A stretch of 64,000 bases of DNA from Acidimicrobiia bacterium (lineage in GTDB: Bacteria > Actinomycetota > Acidimicrobiia > Acidimicrobiales > Aldehydirespiratoraceae), in assembly GCA_024421085.1 (NCBI GenBank), contig JAHQYN010000002.1, forward strand, positions 16,871-80,870, written 5' to 3'. The position numbers and the translations under genes were made by a program. The notes below the pieces were generated by a model, which was not told the origin of the DNA, made no database searches, and worked only from the letters and a program-made list of their open reading frames with translations. Within the stretch, counting starts at the first letter, position 1; every line of letters begins with the position of its first letter. Of the stretch, positions 37,401-53,376 are shown piece by piece.

Positions 37401-38065
37401 ACGGTGCCAAATGGGACGAGAAGGAACTGGCGGGCGACAAGCCGGTGATCGTCGACATCCTCAAGAACCTCAACCCCGAGAGCCACGACGGCCAGACCCG
37501 GCTGATCGGCGACGACGGCAAGCAGGTGCTCTTCAACGGTCGCACCGGCGAGCCCTACGACAACCCGATCATGACCGGATACGTCTACATCCTGAAGCTG
37601 TCGCACCTCGTCGACGACAAGGTCCATGCCCGCTCGACGGGGCCCTACTCGATGATCACCCAGCAACCGCTCGGCGGCAAGGCCCAATTCGGCGGGCAGC
37701 GGTTCGGTGAGATGGAGGTGTGGGCCCTGGAGGCCTACGGCGCGGCCTACTGCCTCCAAGAACTGCTGACGATCAAGTCCGACGACGTCTTGGGCCGGGT
37801 CAGGGTCTATGAGGCGATCGTCAAGGGCGACAACATTCCCGAACCCGGCATCCCCGAATCTTTCAAGGTGCTCATCAAGGAGATGCAGGCCCTGTGCATC
37901 AACGTCGAGGTCCTCTCCTCAGAGGGCCAGGAGATCGAGATGCAGGAACTCGACGAGGAGACGTTCCGCACCGTCGAGGAACTGGGGATCGATCTCCAGC
38001 GCCCCGAACGGGGTTCAGACGAAGAAGACGCAGCCCGCGCCGCAGCCCGTGCGGCCCGCGGCTGA
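34478..38065 (+). CDS. rpoB: DNA-directed RNA polymerase subunit beta
   Basis: 1195 aa. GTG start with CAGGAG RBS. Contains [25 protein letters not shown] and [12 protein letters not shown]. Confidence 0.97.
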   Translation: MTTRAEPRERYSFGNLKEVLELPNLIAVQRRSFEWLLKEGLAQTFRDISPIRDFAETLQLELEFDPDDEDLCPPPKFTVEECKEKDMTYSAPIFVRARFMNANTGEIKEQTVFMGDFPMMTEKGTFIINGTERVVVSQLVRSPGVIFQPGERYRLRNRSKHQIVTGTIHPYRGEWIEFDVEQKPGKDTTAGARVARKRRISLFTLLRALGYDEENEPGFLDRLVEHFHLLEGQWEKDKEVAPTREESLLEIYKRARPGEPHTVESARSYFRNAFFDPRRYDLSRVGRYKLNRKLGPEIDFLEEQFGLDLERPDPDQSVLAQAEMLAATTYLLNLAHATPGYRLDDQDHFANRRIRSVGELIQNQVRIGLSRMERVVRERMTTQDVEAIAPQTLINIRPVVAAIKEFFGTSQLSQFMDQVNPLSGLTHRRRLSALGPGGLSRERAGFEVRDVHFSHYGRMCPIETPEGPNIGLIGGLASYARVNPFGFIESPYRVVTDGTVTDEIVYLAADEEEEFVVAQANAPIDDEGKFINDRVLVRRSPQAVSLKELRAQLDEDVFFGATTEISSVPPAEVQMMDVSPKQIISVATALIPFLEHDDANRALMGANMQRQAVPLVRSEAPYIGTGIETACAADAGDIVLAEDDGTVLELDAQHMVIDYRKLGRQNIRLKRFERSNQDSCISHKPRVAVGDKVTAGQLLADGPSTDNGELALGKNLLVAFMPWEGYNFEDAIILSERLVKDDVLTSVHIHEHEIDARDTKLGAEDITRDIPNLSDDVLADLDERGIIRVGAEVGPGDVLVGKVTPKGETELTPEERLLRAIFGEKAREVRDTSLKVPHGESGKVIDVKAFSRDDAELPPGVNQLVRVHVAQKRKISVGDKLAGRHGNKGVISKILPIEDMPYNADGQPVDIILNPLGVPSRMNVGQVLEAHLGYCARWGWETDGGRVGKQPVRDTESKTRPTTDPAVFISTPVFDGAKWDEKELAGDKPVIVDILKNLNPESHDGQTRLIGDDGKQVLFNGRTGEPYDNPIMTGYVYILKLSHLVDDKVHARSTGPYSMITQQPLGGKAQFGGQRFGEMEVWALEAYGAAYCLQELLTIKSDDVLGRVRVYEAIVKGDNIPEPGIPESFKVLIKEMQALCINVEVLSSEGQEIEMQELDEETFRTVEELGIDLQRPERGSDEEDAARAAARAARG

Positions 38066-38103
38066 AACCCCACACAGACACCACAGCTGAGAGGACGACG
38101 GTC

Positions 38104-42006
<3,903 letters not shown>

Positions 42007-42144
42007 CTCTGGGCCGATCCCGCTCAAGCTCGCGGTGCCGACAGGTTGAGGTTCCTCTGTCTCGCCCGTAGGCTACGCGGTCGGCCTGAACGCCCCCGTC
42101 GGCTGCTCGACCGGCCCACCCCAACTCACATCCAGGAAATCTCA

Positions 42145-42516
42145 GTGCCCACAATCCAGCAACTGGTCCGCAAGGGTCGCCAATCGAAACGTCGCAAGGA
42201 GACGACACCAGCGCTCAAGGGCGCTCCGCAGCGCCGCGGCGTGTGTACCCGCGTTTACACGGCCACCCCCAAGAAGCCGAACTCGGCGCTGCGCAAGGTG
42301 GCCCGCGTCCGCCTGACCAGCGGCATCGAGGTGACCGCCTACATACCCGGCGAGGGACACAACCTCCAGGAGCACTCGATTGTGCTCGTCCGCGGCGGCC
42401 GCGTGAAGGACCTTCCCGGCGTGCGCTACAAGATCGTCCGCGGCACGCTCGACACGTCCGGTGTGCGCGACCGCAAGCAGGCACGCAGCCGCTACGGCGC
42501 CAAGAAGGAGGGCTGA
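42145..42516 (+). CDS. rpsL: 30S ribosomal protein S12
   Basis: GTG 42145. Contains [12 protein letters not shown] and [16 protein letters not shown]. Confidence 0.95.
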   Translation: MPTIQQLVRKGRQSKRRKETTPALKGAPQRRGVCTRVYTATPKKPNSALRKVARVRLTSGIEVTAYIPGEGHNLQEHSIVLVRGGRVKDLPGVRYKIVRGTLDTSGVRDRKQARSRYGAKKEG

Positions 42517-42518
42517 CG

Positions 42519-42989
42519 ATGCCCCGCAAAGGTCCCGCGCCGCGCCGGGAGATCCGCCCCGACCCGATCTACAACTCGGTGCTCGTAACCCAGTTCATCA
42601 ACAAGATCCTGCAGCGCGGCAAGCGCGCACTGGCCGAGCGCATCGTCTACGACGCGCTCGCCGCGGTCGAACAGAAGACCGGTTCAGAGCCCCTCGCCAC
42701 GCTCCGGCGGGCCCTCGACAACGTCCGCCCGCAGCTTGAGGTCAAGAGTCGCCGGGTCGGTGGCGCGACCTATCAGGTGCCTGTGGAGGTTCGTCCCCGC
42801 CGGGCCACCACGCTCTCGATCCGCTGGATCGTCAGCTACGCCCGGGGGCGCCGCGAACGTACCATGTCCGAACGTCTCGCCAATGAGATCATCGATGCCT
42901 CCAACGGGATCGGTGCGTCATGCAAGCGGCGTGAAGACGTCCAGAAAATGGCGGAGGCCAACAAGGCCTTCGCACACTACCGCTGGTGA
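42519..42989 (+). CDS. rpsG: 30S ribosomal protein S7
   Basis: ATG 42519. [20 protein letters not shown]. Confidence 0.95.
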   Translation: MPRKGPAPRREIRPDPIYNSVLVTQFINKILQRGKRALAERIVYDALAAVEQKTGSEPLATLRRALDNVRPQLEVKSRRVGGATYQVPVEVRPRRATTLSIRWIVSYARGRRERTMSERLANEIIDASNGIGASCKRREDVQKMAEANKAFAHYRW

Positions 42990-43027
42990 TGCAGCGGTAG
43001 TTCTGACAAGCCCATCGAGGAACTGAA

Positions 43028-45109
43028 ATGGCTGCGAAGCGAACCCCGCTTGCCAAGACACGCAACATCGGGATCATGGCCCACATCGACGCGGGCAAGA
43101 CCACGACCACCGAGCGGATCCTCTATTACACCGGTCGCTCCTACAAGATCGGGGAGGTCCACGACGGCGCGGCGACGATGGACTGGATGGAGCAGGAGCA
43201 GGAGCGGGGCATCACCATCACCTCCGCCGCCACCCACTGTCTCTGGAACGATCACCGCATCAACATCATCGACACACCGGGCCACGTGGACTTCACCGTC
43301 GAGGTTGAGCGTTCTCTGCGCGTCCTCGACGGGGCGGTCGCGGTGTTCGACGGCGTGGCCGGAGTTGAGCCGCAGACCGAGACGGTGTGGCGCCAGGCCG
43401 ACCGTTACGGCGTGCCGCGGATGTGCTTCATCAACAAGATGGACCGCACCGGTGCCGACTTCTTCTTCGTGCTCGACACCATCAAAGACCGGTTGACCAC
43501 AAACGTCGCGGTCATGCAGCTGCCCATCGGTGCTGAGAGCGGATACGCCGGCGTCGTCGACCTGGTGAAGATGAAGGCGCTCATCTGGCGGGGCGAGGAC
43601 CTCGGGGCGAGCTGGGACGAAGTCGAGATTCCCGCAGAATTGGCCGAGGAGGCCGAGCAGTACCGCAACCTGCTCCTCGAAGTCGCCGCGGACCAAGACG
43701 AGGACGTGATGATGAAGGTCCTCGAAGACGAGGAGGTCAGCGAGAGCGAACTCAAAGCGGCGATCCGCAAGGGCACCCTCGAGAACGGGCTGGTGCCGAT
43801 ACTCAACGGCACCGCCTTCAAGAACAAGGGCGTTCAGCCGCTGCTCGATGCCGTGGTCGACTTCCTCCCCTCACCGCTCGACATTCCGCCGATCGTCGGC
43901 GCGGACCGCTCGGGCAACGAGACCAGCCGCAAGGTCAGCGACGACGAGCCCTTCTCGGCGATCGCCTTCAAGATCATGACCGATCCCCATGTCGGTCGCC
44001 TCACCTACTTCAGGGTCTATTCCGGATCGTTCGACAAGGGTGCCCAGATCCTCAACACCCGCACATCGAGCCGCGAGCGGGTCGGGCGCATCCTCGAGAT
44101 GCATGCCAACGACCGTGTCGACAAAGACAGCGTCGCCACCGGCGACATCGCCGCGGCGATCGGGCTGAAGAACGCCCGCACCGGCGACACGCTGTGCGAT
44201 CCCGGCCATCCGATCACCCTTGAGAACCTCGACTTCCCCGATCCGGTGATCGAGGTGGCCGTGGAGCCCAAGTCCAAGGCCGACCAAGAACGGATGGGCA
44301 AGGCTCTGCAGGCGCTCTCAGAGGAGGATCCCACCTTCCAGGTCAGCACCAACATCGAGACTGCTCAGACGATCATCGCTGGCATGGGCGAGCTGCACCT
44401 TGAAGTCCTCGTCGACCGGATGATGCGCGAGTTCAGAGTCGAGGCGAGCGTCGGCAAGCCGCAGGTCGCCTACCGCGAGACCATCACCCGCCCGGTCATC
44501 GACTACACCTACACCCACAAGAAGCAGACCGGCGGCAGCGGCCAGTTCGCGGTGATCTCCGCGACCCTCGAACCCAACCCGGGCGGTTCCTACGAGTTCG
44601 AGAGCACCGTTACCGGCGGGGCGATACCCAAGGAGTACATCAAGCCGGTCGGAGAGGGCATCCGCGAGGCGATGAGCAACGGAGTGCTCGCCGGGTTCCC
44701 CACAGTCGATGTCAAAGTCACGCTCAACGACGGCAAGGTCCACGATGTGGACTCCTCGGAGATGGCCTTCAAGATCGCTGGCAACGCCTGGTTCCGCGAG
44801 GTTGCACCGCGTGCCAGACCGACGCTCCTCGAGCCGGTGATGGCAGTGGAGATCGTCACCCCCGACAACCACCTCGGTGATGTCGTGGGCGACGTCAACT
44901 CTCGGCGCGGTCGCGTGCAGGGCACCGAGCAGCGAGGGAACAATCAAGTCGTGAATGCACTAGTGCCGCTATCTGAGATGTTCGGATACAGTACGGACCT
45001 GCGTTCGCGCACGCAGGGGCGGGCAACGTACACGATGCAGTTCGACTCGTACCAGCCCACACCTGCAAACGTCCAGGAAGAGATCGTCGCCCGCGTCCGC
45101 GGCGCATGA
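43028..45109 (+). CDS. fusA: elongation factor G
   Basis: [19 protein letters not shown] and DTPGHVDF. Confidence 0.97.
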   Translation: MAAKRTPLAKTRNIGIMAHIDAGKTTTTERILYYTGRSYKIGEVHDGAATMDWMEQEQERGITITSAATHCLWNDHRINIIDTPGHVDFTVEVERSLRVLDGAVAVFDGVAGVEPQTETVWRQADRYGVPRMCFINKMDRTGADFFFVLDTIKDRLTTNVAVMQLPIGAESGYAGVVDLVKMKALIWRGEDLGASWDEVEIPAELAEEAEQYRNLLLEVAADQDEDVMMKVLEDEEVSESELKAAIRKGTLENGLVPILNGTAFKNKGVQPLLDAVVDFLPSPLDIPPIVGADRSGNETSRKVSDDEPFSAIAFKIMTDPHVGRLTYFRVYSGSFDKGAQILNTRTSSRERVGRILEMHANDRVDKDSVATGDIAAAIGLKNARTGDTLCDPGHPITLENLDFPDPVIEVAVEPKSKADQERMGKALQALSEEDPTFQVSTNIETAQTIIAGMGELHLEVLVDRMMREFRVEASVGKPQVAYRETITRPVIDYTYTHKKQTGGSGQFAVISATLEPNPGGSYEFESTVTGGAIPKEYIKPVGEGIREAMSNGVLAGFPTVDVKVTLNDGKVHDVDSSEMAFKIAGNAWFREVAPRARPTLLEPVMAVEIVTPDNHLGDVVGDVNSRRGRVQGTEQRGNNQVVNALVPLSEMFGYSTDLRSRTQGRATYTMQFDSYQPTPANVQEEIVARVRGA

Positions 45110-45153
45110 TCGTCTCCCAACCCCAACCACAGAAATGAACAAGGAAGGCAACG

Positions 45154-46341
45154 ATGGCCAAGGAGACGTTCAAGCGGGACAAGCCGCACGTCAACGTAGG
45201 AACGATGGGTCACATCGATCACGGCAAGACGACGCTGACTGCCGCGATCACCAAGGTTCTCGCCGACCACGTTGAAGGCTCGGCCTTCACCGACTTCGAG
45301 AACATCGACAACGCTCCCGAGGAGCGTGAGCGCGGCATCACGATCAACGTGTCGCATGTGGAGTACGAGACGCACAACCGTCACTACGCCCACGTCGACA
45401 TGCCCGGTCACGCCGACTACATCAAGAACATGATCACCGGTGCCGCCCAGGTGGACGGGGCGATTCTCGTCGTGTCCGCTGCCGACGGCCCCATGCCCCA
45501 GACCCGTGAGCACGTGCTGCTGGCCCGTCAGGTCGGTGTGCCGAAGATCGCGGTGGCACTCAACAAGGTCGACATGGTCGACGACGAGGAGCTGTTGGAG
45601 CTAGTTGAGATCGAGGTGCGTGAGCTCCTCAACGAGTACGACTTCCCCGGTGACGACACACCAGTCGTGCATGTCTCGGCGCTCAAGGCCCTCGAGGGCG
45701 ATGCCGAGGCGGCCGAGGCCGTCCTCGAGCTCATGGCCGAGGTTGACCAGTACGTGCCGACCCCCGAGCGCGACCTCGACAAGCCCTTCCTCATGCCGAT
45801 CGAGGACGTCTTCTCGATCACCGGCCGAGGCACCGTGGTGACCGGCAAGGTCGAGCAGGGAATCGTCAACACCGGCGACGAGATCGAGATCGTGGGCATC
45901 AAGCCGACCTCGAAGACGACCTGTACCGGTGTTGAGATGTTCCGCAAGCTTCTCGACCAGGGTCAGGCAGGCGACAACATCGGTGCGCTGCTGCGCGGCG
46001 TCGACAAGGACGGGGTCCAGCGCGGCCAGGTGCTCGCAGCGCCGGGAAGCATCACCCCCCACACCGAGTTCGAAGCTCAGGTCTATGTGCTGTCGAAGAA
46101 GGAGGGCGGCCGTCACAAGCCCTTCTTCACCAACTACCGGCCCCAGTTCTACTTCCGCACGACCGACATCACCGGCACCATCTCGTTGCCCGAGGGCACC
46201 GAGATGTGCATGCCCGGCGACAACACCGCCATGCATGTCGAGTTGATCAACCCGATCGCCATGGACGAGGGCCTCCGCTTCGCAATCCGCGAAGGCGGCC
46301 GCACCGTCGGTGCCGGTTCAGTCACGAAGATCCTCAAGTAA
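45154..46341 (+). CDS. tuf: elongation factor Tu
   Basis: [22 protein letters not shown] and NKVD. Confidence 0.97.
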   Translation: MAKETFKRDKPHVNVGTMGHIDHGKTTLTAAITKVLADHVEGSAFTDFENIDNAPEERERGITINVSHVEYETHNRHYAHVDMPGHADYIKNMITGAAQVDGAILVVSAADGPMPQTREHVLLARQVGVPKIAVALNKVDMVDDEELLELVEIEVRELLNEYDFPGDDTPVVHVSALKALEGDAEAAEAVLELMAEVDQYVPTPERDLDKPFLMPIEDVFSITGRGTVVTGKVEQGIVNTGDEIEIVGIKPTSKTTCTGVEMFRKLLDQGQAGDNIGALLRGVDKDGVQRGQVLAAPGSITPHTEFEAQVYVLSKKEGGRHKPFFTNYRPQFYFRTTDITGTISLPEGTEMCMPGDNTAMHVELINPIAMDEGLRFAIREGGRTVGAGSVTKILK

Positions 46342-46351
46342 CGGGCTGATT

Positions 46352-46672
46352 ATGGCAACAGGGCAGAAGATCCGCATCCGGCTCAAGGCTTACGACCACG
46401 AGATCATCGATCAGTCGACAAAGAAGATCGTTGAGACGGTGAAGCGGACCCAGGCCCGCTTGTCGGGTCCGATCCCGTTGCCGACAGAGAAGCACCGCTT
46501 CACCGTCATCAAGGGTCCCTTCAAGGACAAGGACTCTCGGGAGCACTTCGAGATGCGCATCCACAAGCGCCTCCTCGACATCCTCGAGCCTTCTCCCAAG
46601 ACGGTCGATTCCCTGCAGCGCCTCGACCTGCCGGCCGGTGTTGACATCGAGATCAAGATCCAGCAGGCCTGA
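46352..46672 (+). CDS. rpsJ: 30S ribosomal protein S10
   Basis: ATG 46352. [22 protein letters not shown]. Confidence 0.95.
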   Translation: MATGQKIRIRLKAYDHEIIDQSTKKIVETVKRTQARLSGPIPLPTEKHRFTVIKGPFKDKDSREHFEMRIHKRLLDILEPSPKTVDSLQRLDLPAGVDIEIKIQQA

Positions 46673-46780
46673 CCCTCACTGCCGAGGGAATCTCAATCGA
46701 GGCGCCCAACACCTGAGTCGCTGCTGGGGGAGTTCTCCCAGTTGCAGGGTCTCGCTGTGTGCCCGGGCAGGGGACCCCGG

Positions 46781-47890
46781 CTATTCGTCGAGGTCTCGGT
46801 GGTGCAGGTAGCCGGAGATGAACGCTTGGACCGTTGCGGCGAAGGGCAGGGCCAACAGCGCTCCGACGACTCCGAGGAGCGCGGCGCCCGCCAACACCGA
46901 TCCGAACGCCACCGCCACATGTATCTCCATGGTGTGGGCGGTGATCCTCGGCGACAGCAGATAGTTCTCCACCTGTTGGTACGCCACGATCATGACCAGG
47001 ACCCACAGCGCTTCGCGAGGTTCGTCGAGCACCGCGACCAGCACCGGCAGCGCACCCGCAAAGTATGTGCCGATCACCGGGATGAACTGCGAGACCACGC
47101 CGACCCAGAGTGCCAGTGGGATCGGGAAGGGCACGTCGATGATCTCAAAGGCGATCACATGCGCTATCGCCGAGATGACCGCCAGGATCGTGCGGGAGAA
47201 CACATACCCGCCGGTCTTCTCGATCGCCAGGTCCCAGATCTCCAGCAACATCTTTTGGCGTCTCGGCGCCAGCAGCGAGCCGATGTTGAGCCTCAGTCTC
47301 GGGCCCTCGGCGACCAGGTAGTAGGTGAACAGCAAGACGGTGAACGCGTAGAACACGATGTTGAGCAGTGTCGCGCCCAGGTTGACCAGGTCGTCCGCGA
47401 AGCGCTCGGCCAGGTCGCTGATTCCGCCGCCCTCGACGAACTCGTCTTGAATCCTCTGCAGGTCGATGCCGTCGTCGATGTTGGCCTGCAGCCAGCCCTC
47501 GAGATCGTCGAGGTACGCGGGCGCCTCATCGATGAGGCTCTCGACCTGGTCTGCCAGGGCCGTCCCGACAGCCGCCGAGAACCCTGCCAGGGCCGCAAAC
47601 AAGCCGAGGTAGACGATCCACACGCCCACGCCGCGGCGGATCTTCAAGGTCTCCAAGCGGTTGACGGCCGGTTCCACCGCGAAGCTGATGAACACCGAGA
47701 TCAACACCACGACCAACAGGGGGCGCAGCGACCTGACCGCGCCGACACCGACATAGACGACGACCCAGCCCAACCAGAAGAGCGCAATCGCCTTGACGAC
47801 CCAGCGCGGCACCTTGGAACTGGTCTTCTCGTCCTGTCCGGCAACGCCACCGCCGCCCTGCGGCTCCAACTCAGCGTCATCGGGTCCCAT
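46781..47890 (-). CDS. AI-2E family (PerM/TqsA-like) transporter
   Basis: TM-rich. Contains FTYYLVAEGPRLR and VVSQFIPVIGTYFAGALPVLVAVL. Start set to ATG 47890 (MGPDDAELE). Confidence 0.8.
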   Translation of the reverse strand: MGPDDAELEPQGGGGVAGQDEKTSSKVPRWVVKAIALFWLGWVVVYVGVGAVRSLRPLLVVVLISVFISFAVEPAVNRLETLKIRRGVGVWIVYLGLFAALAGFSAAVGTALADQVESLIDEAPAYLDDLEGWLQANIDDGIDLQRIQDEFVEGGGISDLAERFADDLVNLGATLLNIVFYAFTVLLFTYYLVAEGPRLRLNIGSLLAPRRQKMLLEIWDLAIEKTGGYVFSRTILAVISAIAHVIAFEIIDVPFPIPLALWVGVVSQFIPVIGTYFAGALPVLVAVLDEPREALWVLVMIVAYQQVENYLLSPRITAHTMEIHVAVAFGSVLAGAALLGVVGALLALPFAATVQAFISGYLHHRDLDE

Positions 47891-48185
47891 CGGCACCGAC
47901 GCTACATCGAAGCCTCCGCCGATCTGGGGATCCCCAGAGACTCCACTTGGGGCCCGGCCGCAAATCCGACGGGACGACCACGACCGGTTGGAAAGCAAGA
48001 ACTTCCCGATATGCTCTGGAGTCTTGTACAGCGAAGGTTCCGTTTTGAGCCCTAGCCACAGCAATCTACGTCGATGAAGGCCCGCAGGGAACCGCATCGC
48101 AAAACAGAACCACGCTCCGCCGGGCCCGCCCGTGCGGAGCGCCCGCGTGGGCATCGGCCCACACTAGGACCGCAGGAAAGCAGCT

Positions 48186-48824
48186 ATGGCCAGCAAGGCG
48201 ATCGTCGGCGAGAAGGTCGGCATGACCCAGGTTTGGGACGAAGAGAACCGTGTCGTGCCCGTAACCGTTCTGCGCGTCTCGCCTTGCCGCGTCGTGCAGG
48301 TCAAGACGCCCGACAACGACGGCTACTCGGCGATCCAGGTGACCCTCGGCGTGAAGGACCCCGCGAAGCTCACAATGCCCGAGGCGGGTCATTTCTCCGC
48401 TGCGGGAGTCGACCCTGGCTCGAAGCTCGTCGAACTGCGTCTCGACGACGTGTCTGAGTACTCCGTTGGCCAACAGATCGCAGCAGACCTGCTCATTGCG
48501 GGCGAACGCGTGGATGTGACCGCAATCTCTCGGGGCAAGGGCTTCTCCGGGGTGATGAAGCGGCACGGATTCAAGGGCTCGCCCGCTTCCCACGGCGCTC
48601 ACAAGGTGCATCGCAAACCTGGAGCGATCGGCCAGTGCGCCACGCCGTCGCGTGTCTTCAAGGGTCGCAAGATGCCGGGCCGGGCGGGTAATGAGAAGGT
48701 CACCACCTTGAACCTCGAAGTCGTGCGCAGCGACCCCGGTGCCGAGGTGATCCTGCTTCGAGGCTCGGTGCCGGGGCCTGCCGGGGGCACCGTGATCGTC
48801 CGCAACGCAGTAAAGGGTGCCTGA
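48186..48824 (+). CDS. rplC: 50S ribosomal protein L3
   Basis: MASKAIVGEKVGMTQVWDE. Confidence 0.95.
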   Translation: MASKAIVGEKVGMTQVWDEENRVVPVTVLRVSPCRVVQVKTPDNDGYSAIQVTLGVKDPAKLTMPEAGHFSAAGVDPGSKLVELRLDDVSEYSVGQQIAADLLIAGERVDVTAISRGKGFSGVMKRHGFKGSPASHGAHKVHRKPGAIGQCATPSRVFKGRKMPGRAGNEKVTTLNLEVVRSDPGAEVILLRGSVPGPAGGTVIVRNAVKGA

Positions 48825-48825
48825 G

Positions 48826-49719
48826 ATGGCCGACGACACCCTGATGGAGCCGACCTCGCAGATCCCGCTGGCTCCCGACAACACCGCCACCGACAACACC
48901 GCCACCGACAACAGCATCACCGTCAAGACCCAGAGCGGCGCCGAGGCGGGACGGGTGCCGCTCTCCCCCGAACTCTTCGCGGTCGAGCCCAACATCGCGG
49001 TGATGCATCAGGTCGTGACCGCACAACTGGCTGCCCGCAGGGCTGGCACCCACAGCACCAAGAGCCGTTCAGAAGTGCGCGGCGGTGGAGCGAAGCCGTG
49101 GCGCCAGAAGGGCACAGGCCGCGCCCGTGCCGGATCACGCAACTCGCCGATCTGGCGGGGCGGCGGTATCGCCCATGGCCCGAAGCCCCGCAACTACAGC
49201 CAGCGGACGCCCAAGAAGATGATCAAGATCGCTCTGGCAGGTGCCCTGTCGGACCGGGCCGCCGAGGGCAGGGTCGTCGTGGTCGACGAATGGAGCTTCG
49301 AGACTCCCAAGACCAAAGACGCCGCCGCCGCGCTCGAGGCCCTCGATGCACGCGGCAAGGTTCTTGTCGTCCTCGACGATGGCGACGGCAACGCCGCCAA
49401 GAGCTTCCGCAACCTTGCCAACGTGTCCTGCCTGCACCGCGCCGAACTCAACACCCACGACATCTTGGACTGCGAGGTCGTCGTGTTCACCAGAGCAACA
49501 CTGCGCGAAGTCTCAGGCGAGCCCTCGGACCCACAGACCCAAGCCGAACCGTCCGCCGACAACACCGAACCAGCCGACAACACCGAACCAGCCGACAACA
49601 CCGAACCGTCCGCCGACAACACCGAACCGTCCGCCGACAACACCGAACCGTCCGACAACACCGAACCGTCCGACAACACCGAACCGTCCGACACCACTAG
49701 CAGCGGGGGGCAGCAGTGA
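48826..49719 (+). CDS. rplD: 50S ribosomal protein L4 with repeat-containing N- and C-terminal extensions
   Basis: Core [36 protein letters not shown] 48826. Confidence 0.95.
   Translation: MADDTLMEPTSQIPLAPDNTATDNTATDNSITVKTQSGAEAGRVPLSPELFAVEPNIAVMHQVVTAQLAARRAGTHSTKSRSEVRGGGAKPWRQKGTGRARAGSRNSPIWRGGGIAHGPKPRNYSQRTPKKMIKIALAGALSDRAAEGRVVVVDEWSFETPKTKDAAAALEALDARGKVLVVLDDGDGNAAKSFRNLANVSCLHRAELNTHDILDCEVVVFTRATLREVSGEPSDPQTQAEPSADNTEPADNTEPADNTEPSADNTEPSADNTEPSDNTEPSDNTEPSDTTSSGGQQ
49545..49696. repeat. 18-21-bp tandem repeat (about 8 copies) at the 3' end of rplD
   Basis: gaacc(g/a)(tcc)gccgacaacacc units encoding (S)ADNTEP. A smaller gacaacaccgccacc x2 repeat lies at 48877-48915. Confidence 0.9.
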
Positions 49720-50006
49720 GAGACCATCGTGACGTGATTCTGCTCCCCGTCGTGTCTGAGAAGTCCTACGACATGCTTGAAGAAGGGGTCTACACCTTTG
49801 TTGTGGCGCCGAACGCCTCCAAGACCGAGATCCGCGATGCCGTGGAGACGATCTTCGATGTCTCGGTACTGAAGGTCAACACCCTGAACCGCAAGGGCAA
49901 GCGCAAGCGCGAACGGCGCTCCAACCGCTGGGTCCGCACCAGCGACCAGAAGCGTGCCCGCGTCACTCTCGCCGAGGGTGACTCAATCGATCTGTTCGGG
50001 GCGTAG
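49716..50006 (+). CDS. rplW: 50S ribosomal protein L23
   Basis: GTGA overlap with rpl[25 protein letters not shown]. Confidence 0.95.
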   Translation: MRDHRDVILLPVVSEKSYDMLEEGVYTFVVAPNASKTEIRDAVETIFDVSVLKVNTLNRKGKRKRERRSNRWVRTSDQKRARVTLAEGDSIDLFGA

Positions 50007-50008
50007 AC

Positions 50009-50845
50009 ATGGCCATTCGCAAACGCAATCCGACGAGTCCGGGGCGCCGCTTCCAGACCTCCTCGGACTTCACCGAGATCACCTCGACTGAGCCCGAACG
50101 CAAGCTCGTGACCGGCAAGCCCGGCACCGGCGGGCGCAACAACTATGGGCGCAAGACCTCACGTCACCGCGGCGGCGGCCACAAACGCCGCTACCGGGTG
50201 ATCGATTTCTACCGCAACAAAGACGGCGTGACGGCGACAGTCGCATCGATCGAATACGACCCCAACCGGACCTGCAACATCGCCCTGCTGCACTACCACG
50301 ACGGCGAGAAGCGCTACATCCTCGCTCCCCGCGACCTGATGGTCGGCGACAAGCTCCAGTCCGGCCGCGGCGCCGACATCCGTGTCGGCAATGCTCTGCC
50401 GTTGCGCTACATCCCGGTGGGCACCGTGATCCACAACGTGGAGCTCAAAGCCGGTGCGGGCGCCAAGATCGGTCGTTCAGCCGGCGCTGCGATCAACATG
50501 GTCGCGAAGGAGGGCGACTTCGCCACCCTGCGGCTCCCCAGCAGTGAGATGCGTCGGGTGCCGATCGACTGTCGGGCAACGGTCGGCGAGGTCGGCAACT
50601 CGAGCCACGAACTCCTCAAGATCGGCAAGGCCGGACGCAACCGCTGGAAGGGCAAGCGCCCCCAGACCCGCGGCGTCGCCATGAACCCGGTCGATCACCC
50701 CCATGGCGGCGGAGAGGGCAAGACTTCCGGCGGTCGTCATCCGGTCTCCCCGTGGGGCAAGCCTGAGGGCAGGACCCGCAAGAAGAACAAACAGTCCGAC
50801 AAGCTGATCGTGCGCCGTCGCCGGACGCGCGGTTCGCGGAGGTAA
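50009..50845 (+). CDS. rplB: 50S ribosomal protein L2
   Basis: [16 protein letters not shown] and HPHGGGEGK. Confidence 0.95.
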   Translation: MAIRKRNPTSPGRRFQTSSDFTEITSTEPERKLVTGKPGTGGRNNYGRKTSRHRGGGHKRRYRVIDFYRNKDGVTATVASIEYDPNRTCNIALLHYHDGEKRYILAPRDLMVGDKLQSGRGADIRVGNALPLRYIPVGTVIHNVELKAGAGAKIGRSAGAAINMVAKEGDFATLRLPSSEMRRVPIDCRATVGEVGNSSHELLKIGKAGRNRWKGKRPQTRGVAMNPVDHPHGGGEGKTSGGRHPVSPWGKPEGRTRKKNKQSDKLIVRRRRTRGSRR

Positions 50846-50850
50846 TTGCT

Positions 50851-51129
50851 ATGCCGCGCAGTCTCAAGAAGGGCCCCTTCGTTGACGACCACCTCCTCAA
50901 GAAGGTGGATGCTCTCAACGAGTCGGGCACCAAGAAGGTCATCAAGACCTGGTCGAGGCGTTCAACGATCATCCCCGACATGGTGGGCCACACGATCGCA
51001 GTCCACGACGGGCGCAAGCACGTGCCTGTCTACCTCACCGAGTCGATGGTCGGTCACAAGCTCGGCGAGTTCGCGCCGACCCGCACATTCAAGTTCCATG
51101 CGGGCCAAGAACGGGGAGCCCGTCGCTGA
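50851..51129 (+). CDS. rpsS: 30S ribosomal protein S19
   Basis: [19 protein letters not shown]. Confidence 0.95.
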   Translation: MPRSLKKGPFVDDHLLKKVDALNESGTKKVIKTWSRRSTIIPDMVGHTIAVHDGRKHVPVYLTESMVGHKLGEFAPTRTFKFHAGQERGARR

Positions 51130-51821
51130 TGACCGGCCCCAAGACCAACGAACGCCCTGGAACACGCGCACAGGCCAAGTATGTGCGGTCGTCGGCCTCC
51201 AAGGCGCGTGAGGTTCTCAACCAGATCCGCAACAAGTCCTACGTCGAGGCCTCGGAGATCCTTGCCTTCTCCGAACGCGGCATCAGCAGAGATGTGGCCA
51301 AGGTCCTCGACTCCGCCGCTGCCAACGCGGCGCACAACGACAGTCTGCCGATTGAGGAGCTCTTCGTCTCAGCCTGCTACGCCGATGAGGGGATGACCCT
51401 CAAACGAGCCCGGCCGCGGGCCCGAGGGCGCTCATCACCCATTTTCAAACGGACCTGCCACATCACCGTGATCGTCAGCCGCTACGACGAGGACTCCCTC
51501 GAGGCGATCCGTGAACGCGAGACCGGTCGCGGCCGTGGCATCGCCGGCAACGCCGCCGAGGCGCGTCGGCGCAGAGTCGAGCGGAGCCGCCAACGCAAGC
51601 AGGCTGCCGAAGCAGGCGAGTCTGCACAGCCGACAGAGTCCGAGCCAGCAGAGTCCGAGCCGACAGTCGAGGAGCAGGCGGCGGAGATCGTCGCCGCCAC
51701 CGAGCAGGCCATGTCATCGAGCCAAGCCGCCACCGACACCGACGACACGGCCAACGACACCGACACGGCCGGCGACGACACCAACGACGCTGACAGCGGG
51801 AAGCCTGGAGAACGAGACTGA
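51129..51821 (+). CDS. rplV: 50S ribosomal protein L22 with about 110-aa C-terminal extension
   Basis: [24 protein letters not shown]. The tail is rich in R, E, A, T and D. Confidence 0.95.
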   Translation: MTGPKTNERPGTRAQAKYVRSSASKAREVLNQIRNKSYVEASEILAFSERGISRDVAKVLDSAAANAAHNDSLPIEELFVSACYADEGMTLKRARPRARGRSSPIFKRTCHITVIVSRYDEDSLEAIRERETGRGRGIAGNAAEARRRRVERSRQRKQAAEAGESAQPTESEPAESEPTVEEQAAEIVAATEQAMSSSQAATDTDDTANDTDTAGDDTNDADSGKPGERD

Positions 51822-52720
51822 TGGGACAGAAGGTCAACCCCTACGGATTCCGCCTCGGCGTTACCACCGAATGGAAGAGTCGCTGGTTCGCCGACCGCCA
51901 GGAATACGCCGACAACGTCATTGAGGACTGGCAGATCCGCGACTTCCTGTTCACCGAGCTCCCCCACGCGGCCATCAGCCGGGTCGAGGTCGAACGCACC
52001 CGCGACCGGCTTCGTGTCGACGTCCACACCGCCCGCCCGGGAATCGTGATCGGCCGTCGAGGCAGCGAGGCTGACCGCCTGCGCTCCGGGCTCACCACGA
52101 TCACCGGCAACGCCAAGGTTCAACTCAACATCCAGGAGATCAAGCAACCGGAGTTCGACGCCGCCCTGATCGCCCAGGGCATCGCCGACCAGCTCGCCGG
52201 ACGCGTAGCGTTCAGGCGCGCCATGAAACGAGCCGTGCAGAACGCTCAGAAGGCCGGTGCCCTCGGTATCCGGGTGCAGTGCTCGGGGCGTCTCGGCGGG
52301 TCGGAGATGGCTCGCACAGAGTGGTACCTCGAAGGCCGCGTGCCGCTGCACACACTCAGAGCCGACCTCGACTACGGCTTCCGCGAGGCCCCGACCACCT
52401 ACGGTCGGATCGGTGTGAAAGTGTGGCTCTACAAGGGCGACATCCTGCCCTACAAGACCCAGACCGAAGACAAGGCGACCCTTGAGGCCGCCATGGCCGC
52501 CGGCGAGACCTCAGGCCAGTCGAGGTCCCGCAAGATCGTCTCCTCAGCCGCGGCGCGTCGCCGTGAAACGTCCGATATCGAACCGGACCCCGACGAGGAG
52601 CCGGCACCGCTCATCAAAGAGGCCGACCCCGAGTTCGAGAAGCTCCTCGACGAGGAGGACGCCATCGAAGCCTCGACTCGCGAGCACAGCGAGACTCCCC
52701 ACTTCCGCGCCAACGACTGA
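51821..52720 (+). CDS. rpsC: 30S ribosomal protein S3 with acidic C-terminal extension
   Basis: [24 protein letters not shown]. Confidence 0.95.
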   Translation: MGQKVNPYGFRLGVTTEWKSRWFADRQEYADNVIEDWQIRDFLFTELPHAAISRVEVERTRDRLRVDVHTARPGIVIGRRGSEADRLRSGLTTITGNAKVQLNIQEIKQPEFDAALIAQGIADQLAGRVAFRRAMKRAVQNAQKAGALGIRVQCSGRLGGSEMARTEWYLEGRVPLHTLRADLDYGFREAPTTYGRIGVKVWLYKGDILPYKTQTEDKATLEAAMAAGETSGQSRSRKIVSSAAARRRETSDIEPDPDEEPAPLIKEADPEFEKLLDEEDAIEASTREHSETPHFRAND

Positions 52721-52731
52721 AGGCTGCCGTT

Positions 52732-53148
52732 ATGTTGATGCCCAAGAAGGTCAAGCACCGCAAACACCACAGAGGACGCACCAAGGGCATGGCCAAGGGT
52801 GCGACCGAGGTGACCTACGGCGACTTCGGCATCCAGGCCCTCGAGCCCGGATGGATCACCGCACGCCAGATCGAGGCCGGCCGTATCGCCATGACCCGCC
52901 ACATCAAGCGCGGCGGCAAGGTGTGGATCAACGTCTTCCCCGACAAGCCCGTGACCAGCAAACCCGCCGAGACCCGCATGGGTTCGGGCAAGGGCAACCC
53001 TGAGCACTGGGTCGCTGTCGTGAAACCCGGACGCATCCTCTACGAGCTGTCATACCACGACGCCGACGTCGCCCGCGCCGCGATCGAGCGCGCCATCCAG
53101 AAGATGCCCATCAAGGCCCGCTTCGTGACCCGTGAGGAGGGATTCTGA
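52732..53148 (+). CDS. rplP: 50S ribosomal protein L16
   Basis: [16 protein letters not shown]. Confidence 0.95.
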   Translation: MLMPKKVKHRKHHRGRTKGMAKGATEVTYGDFGIQALEPGWITARQIEAGRIAMTRHIKRGGKVWINVFPDKPVTSKPAETRMGSGKGNPEHWVAVVKPGRILYELSYHDADVARAAIERAIQKMPIKARFVTREEGF

Positions 53149-53375
53149 TGGCCCGCAAGACCGCATTGACAGAGATGGCCGACACGGACCTCTTCGAACG
53201 TCTTGCCGACTGCAAAGAAGAGCTGTTCAACCTGCGCTTCCAGTTCGCCACCAACCAACTCGACAATTCGGCTCGCTTGAAAGCCGTCAAGAAGGACATT
53301 GCCCGTGTGCTGACCGAGTTGCGGGCTCGCGAGATCGCCGACGCCGAGGCGCTCGAAACGGCTCAGGAGGCCTGA
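53148..53375 (+). CDS. rpmC: 50S ribosomal protein L29
   Basis: [15 protein letters not shown]. Confidence 0.93.
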   Translation: MARKTALTEMADTDLFERLADCKEELFNLRFQFATNQLDNSARLKAVKKDIARVLTELRAREIADAEALETAQEA

Positions 53376-53376
53376 A

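Noticed and set aside
46758-46781. Bidirectional terminator between rpsJ and the AI-2E gene (CCGGG-N8-CCCGG)
   Set aside because: It has only a 5-bp stem and no T-tract, which is too weak to call.
46742-48055. 437-aa plus-strand ORF between rpsJ and rplC
   Set aside because: It is an R/D/Q/H-rich sequence with no TM or motif content. The opposite strand encodes a coherent AI-2E transporter.
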